From Blasia pusilla (lineage: Eukaryota), in assembly GCA_050084515.1 (NCBI GenBank), contig CM114271.1, positions 16,430,001-16,494,000 on the forward strand: a stretch of DNA of 64,000 bases, given 5' to 3'. The position numbers and the translations under genes are program-made. The notes under the pieces were generated by a model, which made no database searches, was not told the origin of the DNA, and was given only the letters and a program-made list of their open reading frames with translations. Below, piece by piece: positions 38,412 through 51,449 of the stretch; position 1 is the first letter of the stretch, and the number at the start of each line of letters is the position of its first letter.

Positions 38412-39426
38412 TGACGATGATACGTGTAACTCTCCCACTCAACTCGGGAAGGTGTGTAGTCCTTGAATGAGGATGTTTAATCGAGAGTCTTGATTAGAAA
38501 GATAGATGACGATGATGGAAAACCCATCGAAGTACAAAAGGGGACTCAAAGAGTCCCACTCAACTCAGAAAAGGAAGGTGGGCATTCCCCCTTGAAATTC
38601 ATGAGGATGACAATATGTAGCTTGACTATTCTAAGTCTTGATTAGTGGGCATTATTTCCTCCCGCATTATTGCGTCCTGCCAATGAGATCGCTCATCAGT
38701 TACTGCCCTAGGGCACTGGAGATCCTCGTGAAATGAGCTCACACGAACTACTTCATGCGCCAAAGGAACCCGAGACCGAACGAACGGTAACCCCGGTTAG
38801 TCCACGACTGACCGCGCAGATTGGGCAGCTGCGTAGTGCGCAGGACGACCCGGGGGCGAGATCAGTATCCCTCGCGTACGAACCATAGGTGAGGAATGAC
38901 GGGTCCCGGTGCAGTCTTCTCATACGGACCCGGTCCGACCGTATGCGTGGATGTGAACGGCTACTGCAGTAGAATGTAGGGTTCATAAATGCGACAGACG
39001 TACTTACTCCTCCGTCCAGGAACATGGATGCCCCTTCCTTCTGCTTAGGGTTTAGTGAGCCGTAAGCGTCTCAATCCGCGCGGGGAAGAGGAGTTTCTCG
39101 TCGTGTGTGCGTGTGCTGGGATCGAAGTCGAGCACGAAGAAAGAAGAGGCATGCACACTGCGAATCAGCCACGAGCACGAGCGCGTGGTGGTCGTCGTCT
39201 ACTGTCGCAGGGACGCAGAGCAGGAGGAACAGTGGGATGGGATTTGAGCTGGATGATGGTGAGAGCGTTAATGAAATCCAGCCTCGGGTAGCCACGATAG
39301 GTTGGGCGGATCGAGAACCTGTCTGCTGTGGAGGTAGGGGTTCACGGTGCAAGCTCTTGATTTAGGCAATCAGTGTGGATCATGTGCGAGGCACTGAAGT
39401 CATGAGCCCACCTTGGAGACCAAGTC

Positions 39427-39522
39427 CATGGGCATAGCTGGTACAGGGGCTTGTGCAAGCAGGGTAGCACACCTGTTTATCACGCTTGCTTGCGCAGAAC
39501 CTGTGCCTGGCACGCGCTCTTG
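39427..39522 (+). ncRNA. Candidate miRNA precursor hairpin
   Basis: GGTACAGG pairs with CCTGTGCC, TGTGCAAGCAGG pairs with CTTGCTTGCGCA (G-U pairs favour + strand), and there is a lower stem CATGGGC/GCTCTTG. Lies in a GC-rich island without a credible ORF. Confidence 0.4.
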
Positions 39523-41325
39523 TTCCTCCATTTTTACGCCAGGCGCATTGGTTGTGCATGCGTAGTGGAGGCGGTTAAGAGAGCGGCGATGGAAGTCGAG
39601 TCAGAGGGCATCGTGTTCAGGCATTTTGGAGGGTTTTGGAGATGCGGTTTTAAAGAGAGAAGCCTTGCCTCCAGAGGGATCCTTACACATGTGTGCCGGA
39701 CTTGAAATAGAGAGAGAGAGAGAGAGAGAGAGAGGTGCAATTGTTTGCCAGGTCCCCACTGTAAATGTGAGGGGTTGACGCAGATCATGATCACATGTCT
39801 CGATCATGGGATGCACTGAAATTTTTTGGAGCTTTTGAGATCATCTCCTTCGTTTTCTTGTGCTCGTGCAGTTTGTCTTTCTCGACGGTTCTGCGAGACC
39901 CGCCCATTCTTCTTGTTCTCTTATTGAGCATGGTGAGAAAACATCCCGACGAACTTTTGCATTATTGCTGTCGACGTCGTGGTGAACTTGGAACAAACGC
40001 CCGCTTTCCTGCTTTCCGTCACTCTTACTGTGGACGACTCCCAAAAGCAGTTCCTAGAATCTTGACAATGGGTGCTCCTGACTGTGTCTAGTGAAGGTGT
40101 AATTCCTTGCCGTCTTGTTCTCCGTTGTGACAAGAATTGAATACGTACGGTTTGCATTTTCTATAGTTCAGAAGCACGCCGTGCCAAGCTAGGTGAAGGC
40201 CATTGCCCGACTTAATCTTCCTTTCTTCTCCTCTGCTCATTGACTTCTCTTTTGTTGTCGAGGTCTTCGTCTGTTTCCCGAGTCACTTAGGACTTGCAGC
40301 ACAGAATAGGTTGAACACTGTGCCCTGCGACAGTCCCAGGCATTCTAGAGCTTCCGCAATGCACCATCTGATAAGTTTCAGAGACCTCCAGATTCCGATT
40401 TCGTCTTACTAAACGTGGGCAACGAATGGGAACGTTCAATTCGGCTACCTGCAAAAGATCTGCGTTTGTACAGACCCGAGAATGGAAACTGCGAAGTCTG
40501 GAATTTGTCGTAAACCGAGATTATCAACTTCCTTTCTATCAACTTACTTCAGTGAAGGCTCGTGTTGAGCACGAAAGACTCAAATCCCCCGGACAGAAAA
40601 GAGTGCGACATCGTCACTTTGAATTATTGGTCCTCCCCCCCTCCGCGTTCGGTCACTTGAAACCGCTGATACCTTGAGGCGAAGGCCGTTGCATCAACCA
40701 TTCCTACCATAGCCCAATAGCTCAAGTTCGATCTGGAACTCGCGCGAGTTGCCTTGTAACAAAGAAATTGCATGAAGTTTATGTGTGGAATACAACGAAC
40801 TTACTATCTATGACAACTTAACACCGAGGACGTCTGCTCAGTTCCGCACCATGATAATGGAGGTTGAGGACAGCAAATGACTATGCGCAGCTTTAACTTA
40901 AGCCTGAGACACAGCGACACATTCAGTTCGACTGTTGTCATAGGCGGTGCCCATTTGAGGGGACCTTAGTTCATCCATTTGAAAAGTGCATGGCGCCCCT
41001 TAACCACCACCTACCAACTACTGCAGGGGCCGCTATGCTAACATGCTTGCACGTTGTCCACCGTCTAGGTTCCTCACACTAGAAAGAAATGCAGATATTT
41101 GCTACTTTAGATTAAGAAGAGCATGATCCAAGTGCAAGGTACCAATCTTAAATCTCTGACCTCTAATCCTCTGCTATGAGCTTTACTAGTACCGGAGGAC
41201 GACTGGTGCTTCTCGGAGACTACAAAAGTGCCAAATTCGGAGATTTGACACCATATCTAGCAATATTGCCACTGCTGCTGCCGCATGAACGAAATCTGAA
41301 GTGGAGAGATGGGACGAGGAGAGCG

Positions 41326-42417
41326 TCACAATCTCTTCTTGTTGTAACTCTTGTTGAATTGATTCATTTGGAACCTCCACACCAGTACGAGAACGCCGAA
41401 CAAACCTAAAATCATGAGTATCCAGAGAGGGCTATTCGCCGAATCGGCAGGAAACTCGATCTCCTGAATGTTGAAATCGTCGCGGCTGTTTCCTTTCCAC
41501 TGGTCGGAGAGATAACTCGCGAGCGTGTAGGTCTGAAGATCCCTTGCAACCGCACTGGTTGTGAGGACTGACGCATCCAACTTCACTTCCTCGATCACAG
41601 TTGCAGAACGCCAGAAATCTCTACTGCTTATCAACCACGCTGATGGTGCGGACACCACTACCAGCGATCCATCAGAGCGCAACGCCATGCCATCGGCTCC
41701 CGCCATCGTCACCTCTTTCACTATTGCCACCCTCTGCACCGACTTGTCGGACAGCTTCACCCTGATCAAAGCTCCCGAGTTTGACTGATCCACCAGCAGC
41801 AGCCCCTCATGATACACAATTCCATTCAGACCCGCATCGGCAAAGCCCGGCTGATCCCAAACTACAGGCTGCTGCTGCTCTACCGCGACCAACAAACTCT
41901 TCTTTCCGGATAATCCCACCTGCCAAATGGAATTGCCCCAAGTTTCTGTCACATAGGCATTTCCCTGACCGTCAACCGCAACGTCATTGAACAAAACTTT
42001 ACCCCCTCCATCTTCATCCAGGCGCACAATTAGGGTTCGGTTTTTGGTACCCAAATCGTAAGCGACCAAAGCGGCAAACTTCTTCTCGAGGCCCTGCCTC
42101 GGACCGCTCTGCACCACAGCCAGCACGCGGTTCCGTTTGGCATCTACACACACGCCATGGATGCGTGCTCTGCCTGCGTACTCCTCGTCATTCACGAACG
42201 TTTCCACCTCCCCTGCGTCGCTCACACTCATCAGCTTTCCATGTGGTCCTGTCGATCCCACGATGAATCGGCTGTGCTTCTCGTCCCAATCGAAGCTTTC
42301 TGGAAACAACTGCGGTGCTTTGTACTCGATTCGGTGCAGCTCCGCCTCCACCACGCCTAGCACCGTCAAAGCCCATAGCAGCAACGCGAGCGCTCTCGTC
42401 CCTTTTCCTCCCACCAT
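41326..42417 (-). CDS. SMP-30/gluconolactonase-like (NHL, Ca-dependent phosphotriesterase superfamily) beta-propeller, type I membrane protein, 363 aa
   Basis: Signal peptide (ALALLLWALTVLGVVEA), LFPESFDWD..FIVGS, NDVAVDGQGNAYVT, GLNGIVY, GADGM, C-terminal TM followed by WRFQM..KKRL. First ATG is at 42417 (the ORF track starts at a GTG). Confidence 0.9.
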   Translation of the reverse strand: MVGGKGTRALALLLWALTVLGVVEAELHRIEYKAPQLFPESFDWDEKHSRFIVGSTGPHGKLMSVSDAGEVETFVNDEEYAGRARIHGVCVDAKRNRVLAVVQSGPRQGLEKKFAALVAYDLGTKNRTLIVRLDEDGGGKVLFNDVAVDGQGNAYVTETWGNSIWQVGLSGKKSLLVAVEQQQPVVWDQPGFADAGLNGIVYHEGLLLVDQSNSGALIRVKLSDKSVQRVAIVKEVTMAGADGMALRSDGSLVVVSAPSAWLISSRDFWRSATVIEEVKLDASVLTTSAVARDLQTYTLASYLSDQWKGNSRDDFNIQEIEFPADSANSPLWILMILGLFGVLVLVWRFQMNQFNKSYNKKRL

Positions 42418-45400
42418 CCCACCCACCCTTCCCTCAATTTCCTTCCAGACTCACCCTAAACCCTCGGAACCAAAGGAAGCCAAAATTGTCACTAGAATTG
42501 TAGGATTGCAATAGCGGCGAGAATCGCTTCACTGCCAGTGTAATTCCGCCGATTAATGAACAGGATTAAAAGAGGCAGAATTGAGTGCGATGCAAGAAAT
42601 GAGAAGCGCGACAAAAGAGCAACACGAATGGAACAGTGCCGATTTATGTACCGTTACGAACGGGCCGAGGTCCCACCGTCGGAGACGATCCCAATGCTTT
42701 TGGTTGCAGGCGTTCACAGACGAGAGCTCTGTGCTAGCGCGTCAGAAGTCAACATTCCATCGAAACAATGGACACCTCCAGTTGCTGTGCTGCAGTTAAA
42801 CTACTTTCTACCAATTAAGACGAAATGCTGGAAGCGTATCGCGCAAAACTCCAGCTGTTCGGAACCTTTTACTTCCACAGAATTCTTCAAGCTCCTCCAC
42901 AAACTCTACTCCAAGGCCGGAGAACCAACCGACTGCGGCCGATTTCTTATAAACCCTCTTAAGAAGACCCCATTTTCCCCACTCATAAGCAGGTTTTTAG
43001 AGCCAAACTGAGTTAACTCTCTCAGACCCACACACCGTTCCCATTCGGAAGGCGCCAAAAACCCTCTCCCAGGCCGGACACCCTTTGACCGTTCCATGAG
43101 AGCCAGTACCCAGATAAATTCAGGCCCCTCCGATATTTCAGCTTCCCTAGTTCCCATGGATTCCCAGGTGCGTTCGAGCGGACTCGGAGCCTTGGCCAGA
43201 GAGAGCCCCATGGCACGTTTTTCACGTAGTCCTTGTAGGTGTCGTAGTTTCCCAGGCCAAGGAAGCAGCCCAGACAAGTATTGCAGCTTTCGAGATCAGT
43301 GTCATGGCAGTGTGGGCTCCGGAGTAGTCGAATGCAAGTAACCGATGGATTGCGGCACATCCAGGTCTTGTTTGGAGCGTGAATTCATCCGGTCAGACTC
43401 CTGGGAATGTGCGACGGAGCTGGATTCATGAACGTGTCATCCGTCTACGAGAGAAGTCGGATCTTGAGATGCACTGACTCAGCAGATGATGCGTGGGGGG
43501 AGTAGGTCGGTCTCCCAAGTCCGACGCCAACGCCTCCATTTTTTACAGCCCATTCGGCACAGCGTATGATGACCGGATTATGATATTTGTTTGTTTGTTC
43601 GAGTTGCGGAGAGTTCACCAATAGAACGATTGGTGAAGAATTCTCGGTAACCGAAAAGAATTCTCGAATCAGCTTTTGCAGGAGCGCTTTTAAATTGAAG
43701 CGTCGCTTCTTCTTTGAACAGACGTTCCTCGGATCCCACGCAAACTGTGCTTTAGATTTCAGATTAAAAGAAAAGGATATTGAGTTGCGCTGGTTCCTAA
43801 CAAATGGAATCGACGACGTCCTTGTTTCCTGAGCCACTGCAGTCTCTTTGACATGTACTTGACCATCCACCGGACTCTCTAATTCTTCAACCCCAACCTT
43901 CGACATTTTCAGTGCATGATCCTGCCGAGTTCACCTCGCCGAGACGCTGGCGATCTTCACATGTTGACACTCCCCATTCTATAATCGTTTCCAATCACCG
44001 TACTTCACCTCGACTTGGGATTCGGTGTCCATGAGACGCAAGGTGATGAGGTTGACATTCCGCGTTCAGATGGATTTCCGCATTCCGCAATTCATCTGAG
44101 CGCACCTCTCGTGCGCTTTGGGGGAGTTCAACTGCAAGGTCACCAAGTTGACAATCCTCGATCCGTTGGGATATACACTTGTTATGATCGAACTGCGGGA
44201 GTTACCCAGCAGCCTAGTTCGGGGTCGACACTCCAAGCTCCATACACCCTGCAAACTTTGGGGGGTTTCGCCGAACGCAGGCAAGATCACAGAGTTTTGG
44301 AAGGGAAGAGCCAGCAAGTATTGAGCAAATAAAACTGGTTGTAGCAAGCAAATACTGGAGCTCGTTTTATTTGGTTTGAGTTAAGTAATGCACATGTTAG
44401 AATCTCACCGAACATGTTAAAGAAGAGGTAGAAAGCTTCGACCCACTGAACATATTGAAAGAGTGGCGGAAGGTAGAGGAAAGACCCAGCCGTGGTACTC
44501 CTACGGACACTTCAGTGTCGGGTTCACTCCGTGGGCTTGCTAATTTCTTCTCATCCTCTGTTCTTTTCCATCGCGTGAGTGAAAGTACCCTTAATAATAG
44601 ACATTTGGGGTTGAAAAGAAATGATCATGTCGCTGGCGATAGGCTGACCTATAGATCGGAGTTTTGGCTTTCCTGAAAAGTTGCTCGTGACATTCAACCA
44701 TAGCTTCACTGTCTTTGGTCTCTAGTTTCCATCAGGTGGAAAGGCCATTCTTTTTTTCTCTAGCACTACGGTAACTCCCAGAACTTTGACGCCCCAAGTA
44801 GCCTTCAGTGAGGGTGACTACATTTGCCTCATGGAATCTGAGATGTGTTGTGAGCTCCCACACGAGGAAGTTGCCACTGCTATGCTTCAGTGGTAGCGTG
44901 ACAATAGCACTTCAGCATTCCTTGGACTCTCGCTGAAGTCTCTCTGGGTGTATGCGCCGTTCCCCACAGGGATCGATTTTCCTCACTGCTGAAGCCAGAA
45001 GAGCTAACTAATGCAGAGATAGTTCACCCGATGCAAGCGAGATTACCAATCAACCCAGTTTTATTCGTTTAATATTTACCACTACAATGGTGTGCATCAG
45101 AGTTAGTTCGGTAACTTGAGTGGAAAGCTGGCCGTACCTAGCTTTTCAGTATGTGTTGATTGTGGGTTCCAACTTCTACGTACCCGACTCTCAGTTTCAA
45201 GGAGAGATGATGAGTTCTGGAATGCCCTCACTTGTTTTAGAAGAGTGGTTCGTTTGTCTTGATCCTGTTTGTTTTTTCCTCCTGCTACCATACTGAAAGA
45301 TGCATAGTCTTGTGGCGTGATCAACACAGACTTGTCTTTCGATTTCTAGCTTGTGATTAAACTCGTGTAATCGTGCTCATTGTATGTATCATACTTGTAG

Positions 45401-48400
45401 CGTAACTCAGCTACCCATGACCACCAGAACCTCAACGCTGGTGGATGAGCAATGCGGAGATTCATTCCCACATTGGACTTAGAGCTGATGATCCGTTAGA
45501 CCTTGGACCCACTTGGTGATGCGAGACGGTTGTGCAGAACACTGAGCTCATCTGTCGGTTGAAAACCTGAGGCTGTTTGTTTTTCTATGATCCTCATCGG
45601 TTACACAGGACACGGGTCCGATATACTTACCCAACAAGAAGAAGTTCGTAGACATTCGGTGCTTGGGATCGTCCTCAATTGGCAGACCTGTGTTTCCCTC
45701 ACGGAGCCAATGCTATCACGAATCTACGGCACATAGATACCAGAAAGCATAGGTTAACCTACAGCTCTGAAAGTGAATGCAGTGACCATCATAGAGACGA
45801 TCGACCATGGTATCAAAGGTCTCGTGCTGCAAGGTACAAAGATCGAAACTGGGAATTCGTGAAGCGTCTGATGAGTCTACGAAGCCATGGATTTCACCTG
45901 GAGCGCCTGAAGATTCACTCTTGCCATAGTGTGGACCCACCCTATTGGAGTAACAACTCCGCTGCAAATGCCCATCGACCGTCACGTTGCTGTAGAAGAG
46001 CAACAAATGAACAAGGGTAGAGTTGGATGCTACGTTTTACACATTAAAGACCACAACTCAATGCGCAAACAAGTCCAAAGACAAATTCATTATCAGACCT
46101 TCTACTCACCATTGCAGGTTACCAACTCCCTGGCTGGCAATGTCTACAGGTACATCGTCTACTGATCGAAAGGCTTGACCCCAAAGAGGAGAAGCACTGT
46201 TGAGTTCTTCCCACCTTCCAACTGTTGACCATGAATGACACGTTTGCTCCGGTAATCCACGCATCACCGTGACACAATACGCACTATGAGGTCTGAAAAG
46301 AATGCAAATTCATGAAAAGGGAACAATAAATCTGTCAGACTGGTTCAAGAAGTAGACCGTCGGACCCGAGCAGGAAATAAAGATGTCATCGCCACTTATT
46401 GCAGCCACGCTTGTTCTTCTCAACATATCATTACTTAACCAAGACCCAATTAACTAACTCCTTTAGCTTAACTAACAGAGGAAACTATGCAAGGTAGGAC
46501 GGTGAATCGATCTGCACCTAAACCAGCGTTAGGGTTGCTCGTGTATGTTTGGTGAGGGAAGCAGTGGTACAAATCCCACTTCTCTTCATCTCCACTTCCT
46601 GCTACTCCACCGTAATGAGAATGCTCTGCTCAGCACTAGCAAGACCTGCAAACCCCAGCAATAATCTCGAAGGAAAGTCTCTACTTCTTGAAACCGCATA
46701 ATAACTACACTGGAGGTGCCGCTTCTGGTAGGATTCAATTCACGTAATGGCGCAAGCAAGAAGTAAAGTTCCATACCACTCGAGCGACAAAAGCAGAGCC
46801 TCCGGCCATTCAGGGAGGGAGAAATAAAATAAAAGGCACAAGCCAATATCTTCCCACCGCTAGTTTCTGTCAGCTACTTATTTAGAAAAAAGCTGCTTCT
46901 CCTATTAAACCATAGTAGCAACAGTCCCACACATGCCCTTTACTCTCCGCGAGGAAAGTAAAATTGGCAATGAGTACAAGACAGCTCAACCCCATCTCCC
47001 GCTGGCTCTACATATTCATGCCCATAGCGCAGGGGGAAGAGCCAAAATCCCAAGTAGCGTCTCTCGATTCATATTCTGCGCAGCCATCATCTCCAAGCTC
47101 GTCTCCTGCTGGTGTCATCTTGGCATGTAGCCTCCTTTCCGGCTCCAGTCTAATGAATCGCAGCATAAAGACCTAGCTTCTGACGGGAGATTATACGCAT
47201 CGCATTGATACTCCGAGAGTGGCGGACGCTGCAAACCTGAGAGGACATTATTGGGAGCGGATCGGTGACGATCATGAAACTCCGGGGCCCGGGGCTCGGT
47301 CAAAAGTCAACAGGAGAAGTCGGAATTGAGCTAGTGCGATACAGTCCCGCTCGAACACGAGTCACGTCTCCGAGTAGGTGCAGCAGCAGCAGCCGGGTCG
47401 GAAACGCAAGCAACCAACAAATCTAACTAACGAGACACATCGCGATATGTCAGTCGGTCCGTGAGGCTCCGATTCCCAGCATCGATCGAACAATAAAGAC
47501 TCACCCGCATTCCTGTGTGCGGGGAAAGTCATAACTGTTTTCTCATCTCGGGCCGACGAGAAGGCCCAGGGTCGCAGAGCGAGGGACGGTGTAAAGTTGT
47601 GCGCGTCACCAAACCGCAGACAAACACTTACTCCTCACTGTGGGTCGGAAGCGATCGAACGCGGTACTTCGGACAGAAGCTCTCCTCTCTCTCTCTCTCT
47701 CTCTCTCTTTTCGGGCAGGCCTGCCAGTGCCCCTAAACCCTTTTTGCCCGTTCGCTCGCTGCTCCCTGCCCGCCTTCGAGGCTTTTCCGGGCGGGCCCTA
47801 CGGAGTGAGTGCGCCGTGACACGAGCTTGACGCGATCGCTTGCCTTCTCTTGGACTTCTCTTGATCTGATATTCTCCCGCGACCCCGTATTCTTTTCCGG
47901 ATATATTCATGCCCTCCTCTTCAAGCTCCGGCGCTTTTCCTGTTCCCTTCCCTTCTTCTGGTGCCATCGCGTATTCCAAACCGGTAGCTTGCTTGACTGT
48001 GGATGTCGTACGCCACGTGGCTCGCTCGTGACGCCTGTCCCACCCGGTCAACTCCGTGTCTTTCCCGTCCGACTTTGCCTACCATTCCCGGCCACGCGTA
48101 GGGCCTCTTCATTCGGCGAATTTCTTTCCGTTCGCTCATGTGTAGCCAGGGAAGTTTTTCTTTTCATGTTTTCTTTCTTTATTTAATGGTATTGTGCTGA
48201 AAGTGTCATTATAGTTTTTAAAAAAAAATTGTTTCTTGAAAAGGAAAGAGGGCACTGATTATCTATCTATGTACTAATCGGAGGATGTTATTTTTTTCAG
48301 CTGCTCCTCAAAAATACTTCAGTCATGTTAATTAGGGTCATATAGAGAGATTGGTAAGGACACATGAAGGAACCGTGCATCGCATTCGCCGTTCCTTCCT

Positions 48401-51400
48401 TGCTTACAGGACCCTAATGGTGACTTTAATTCTACAATACAAGATTTCAACATAAGAGGAAGGGGGGTCTAGTATTAAGGGGAGTTCTATATGTAAGTGC
48501 GGATCTAAATTTTGTGGGAGGTTGAATGTAGCCTTTGGGTTAATGCCATTGCTTGTTAGGTCTATTGGAAAAATGGGTATTGCCCCATGTTATTTTTGTT
48601 GATGGCCCTAATGGTGAAATTTTTTTTAATCCATGGGGATTTTTTTAAAAAAATCCTATTGCCCCTAAGAAGCGACGATGTAGTAGCCCCTTGCATCGCA
48701 TCAAGCAAATACAATTGAATGAATATGACATGTTGTCAAATGCATAAATTATTAGGATGGAGGGCATATATGGATGATGGTCAATATTGTATTAAAATGT
48801 GATATTCATTCCATATTCATTAGAAGGTACGCATGTACCGCATGGGATTAGAAATGATTGTAATTTAACCCATCATTATTTTATGTAAACAAATGATTTA
48901 ACCTGCCCTATTTTACTTTTGAATGATTCTATGGACCGAGAGGGTGAATGATCCAATTGGTTGAGAGGACTAGATGTCAAGAGGAGAGGCGATTCAAAAT
49001 CAAGAAGGCATTCTCCAATAATCATATAGATGTTTTATATTCATATTATTATTTATATGTATAGGCATCTCCCTAAGAAACTTGTTCACCACCATACACT
49101 CGTCATAGACGGCCCTACAAAGACAACTAGGGTGTATTTGACTCCTTGCCAAAATACCCCCTATTAACCTAGGTTAGAGTTCTCAACACAAACTAGAGTT
49201 ACCCATGAGGAATATAAGTAACATTTTCTACCCTTAAATTTGATTTAGTAAGGCTAAGGGGCTCAATATTGAAAACCCATGAGTATGGAACTTTTAAGGA
49301 AAGGTAAGCAAATTTTGAAGGACAAGACAAAGCCTATCAAGACAATAATGAATAAAGTGTTAGATTATATTTCAAAGTGACATGCACGTCACTTTTTTGG
49401 ACCACATATTTTATCATAGTCAACTGTAGAAAGAAAATGGACTTCACTTTATAATGAATATAAGAAAATGTTGTGAGACATAGAATTATAATAATGAGTG
49501 GTCTCCATACTTGGAATTTATCAAAAGTTCATTCACATGTAGAATATATAAAATAGTTCCAACCACTAATAGCTATTCACTTTTTGAATAAAAAAAAGTT
49601 CATTTGACTTGAATATTCATCCAAGTGGTTTCTTTTACAATCCATGACAAGGTTTTCTTTTCATATATTCGATACATTGAATGGTCAACCTTTGCTTACT
49701 ACTTCAACAACCTAATGAAAATCCACCTTAATTTTTATATTTTAATTCATGATAAATTAAACATGAACTTTTTATATTCTATTCTTGTATGAAGAATATA
49801 ACATTATAAAATTATATATTGATAATATAATGGAAATTATTTTTTATATAGAATTCCCATTTTATTGTATACTTGCAATGGGAATCAATGGGGATGAATT
49901 TAAGAAAAACTTTATACTATTTACTAATAATCCATCTTATTATTAGTACTAGGAGTTAATGAATAGAAAATTTTTTTGTCACATATCTTTTTTTCAAATA
50001 TCAAATTTTTTTCACTAAGATTTACTTAAATATGTCTATTTCATATTCTAAATAAATTTATTCATAATTTTTGAAAAATTTCGAAAATTTTAAAAAATAT
50101 ATTTATAGCTTCGCATATGCCTTTAAACTAGTTAATTAAGGATATGGACGATTATTATCCATCATTTTCATCTCAAGTTGATGTATATGGATTTAACACA
50201 CTCAAATAAGGTCCTTTTTAACCTTGGATGGAATGATTTTCCAAGGTGGGAGTTTCCGTGAGTCCATCTCTTCACCATGGGAATAGTCAGAAACATATAT
50301 TGAAAAAAAATTCTACCATGGTGCATACAAGGAAAAATTATGAAAATTTTTCTATAGATTATGACCTATACCATTGAAATTTTTTCATATAGAAAGCCAT
50401 AAAATTCATTATAATCAAGTTACGTATATAAGGACATGAAAGGAAAAGTCCTCACATTTCAAATTTTGGCATCAGAAAAAAATAAATCTAGGCCATACCT
50501 TTTATAGGTTGGCTACTAAACGATAAGAAGTTGAAAAGGAGCACATCACACTAAACATATGTGCAGTCCTTTTTTCCATTACCTTCTTTTTTATTTACAT
50601 TAGGGAAATCACATATCTCATTCTCTCAACGATGAAGGATTGGCCAAAATGGTGAAAGGAATGTGTGTTATCTATACACAACTTATAATCTACATCATTA
50701 TCAACATATTCCTCCAAGTCGGAAAACCACACAAATATAGACATCAATACCTCCCTATGCAAGTTCTATGGTGATACTATATATAGAATGATATAATCAA
50801 GAGATCCATATATTGAGAAAGTATCATTCTCATAGGTGCTCCTTGATCATACCTCGAATGTTGGAAATATCTTCATCATACCCTACTCAATTGCAATGTT
50901 GCCACATGAATCACATTTTCACCCTATCTAGTGATGTGGAATTATAAGTGTTACTATATCCAAAGTCTATATAGAATTTACTTAACCATTCTTAAGCCGT
51001 GCAAGGACATTGCATATTCAAGCATTCATCAATGTTTAAGTGTGCTTCGTGCGAGAATAGTGAAGTGTACTCCATGGGAGAATCATGATCTAAGAGTTGC
51101 ATGAATGCTATATATTGCATTCAACATAATTATCATATTTTATTTGGATTTACTATGCCTTCTCCACACTCAGTCTGCTACTTGTGAAAATTAGTCTCCA
51201 ATAACAATAAAAAAATATTATGTATTCAAGTATTCTTAAACTTGAAGTGTAACTTTGCATGAGGTATGAGGTATACTACACACGGGAACAATGACTTGGG
51301 AGTTTCAAGAATGGTATAATTGAACATTATTACATCATTTTCTCCTGATTTATTTTGTCTCCTCCGGATTTACTATGCTTCTAGGGGACCTAGGGAGAAG

Positions 51401-51449
51401 GAAATGACTAGCTAGTCGTTTGCATTTGGATTTATCTCCAATCAAAAAT

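Noticed and set aside
40179-40198. CGTGCCAAGCT resembling the miR536 5' half
   Set aside because: The 3' half diverges and no complementary arm was found nearby.
48261-50131. Possible 1.9-kb Helitron (TCTAT start, CTAG end)
   Set aside because: Hairpin is weak and there is no second copy in the window to confirm boundaries.
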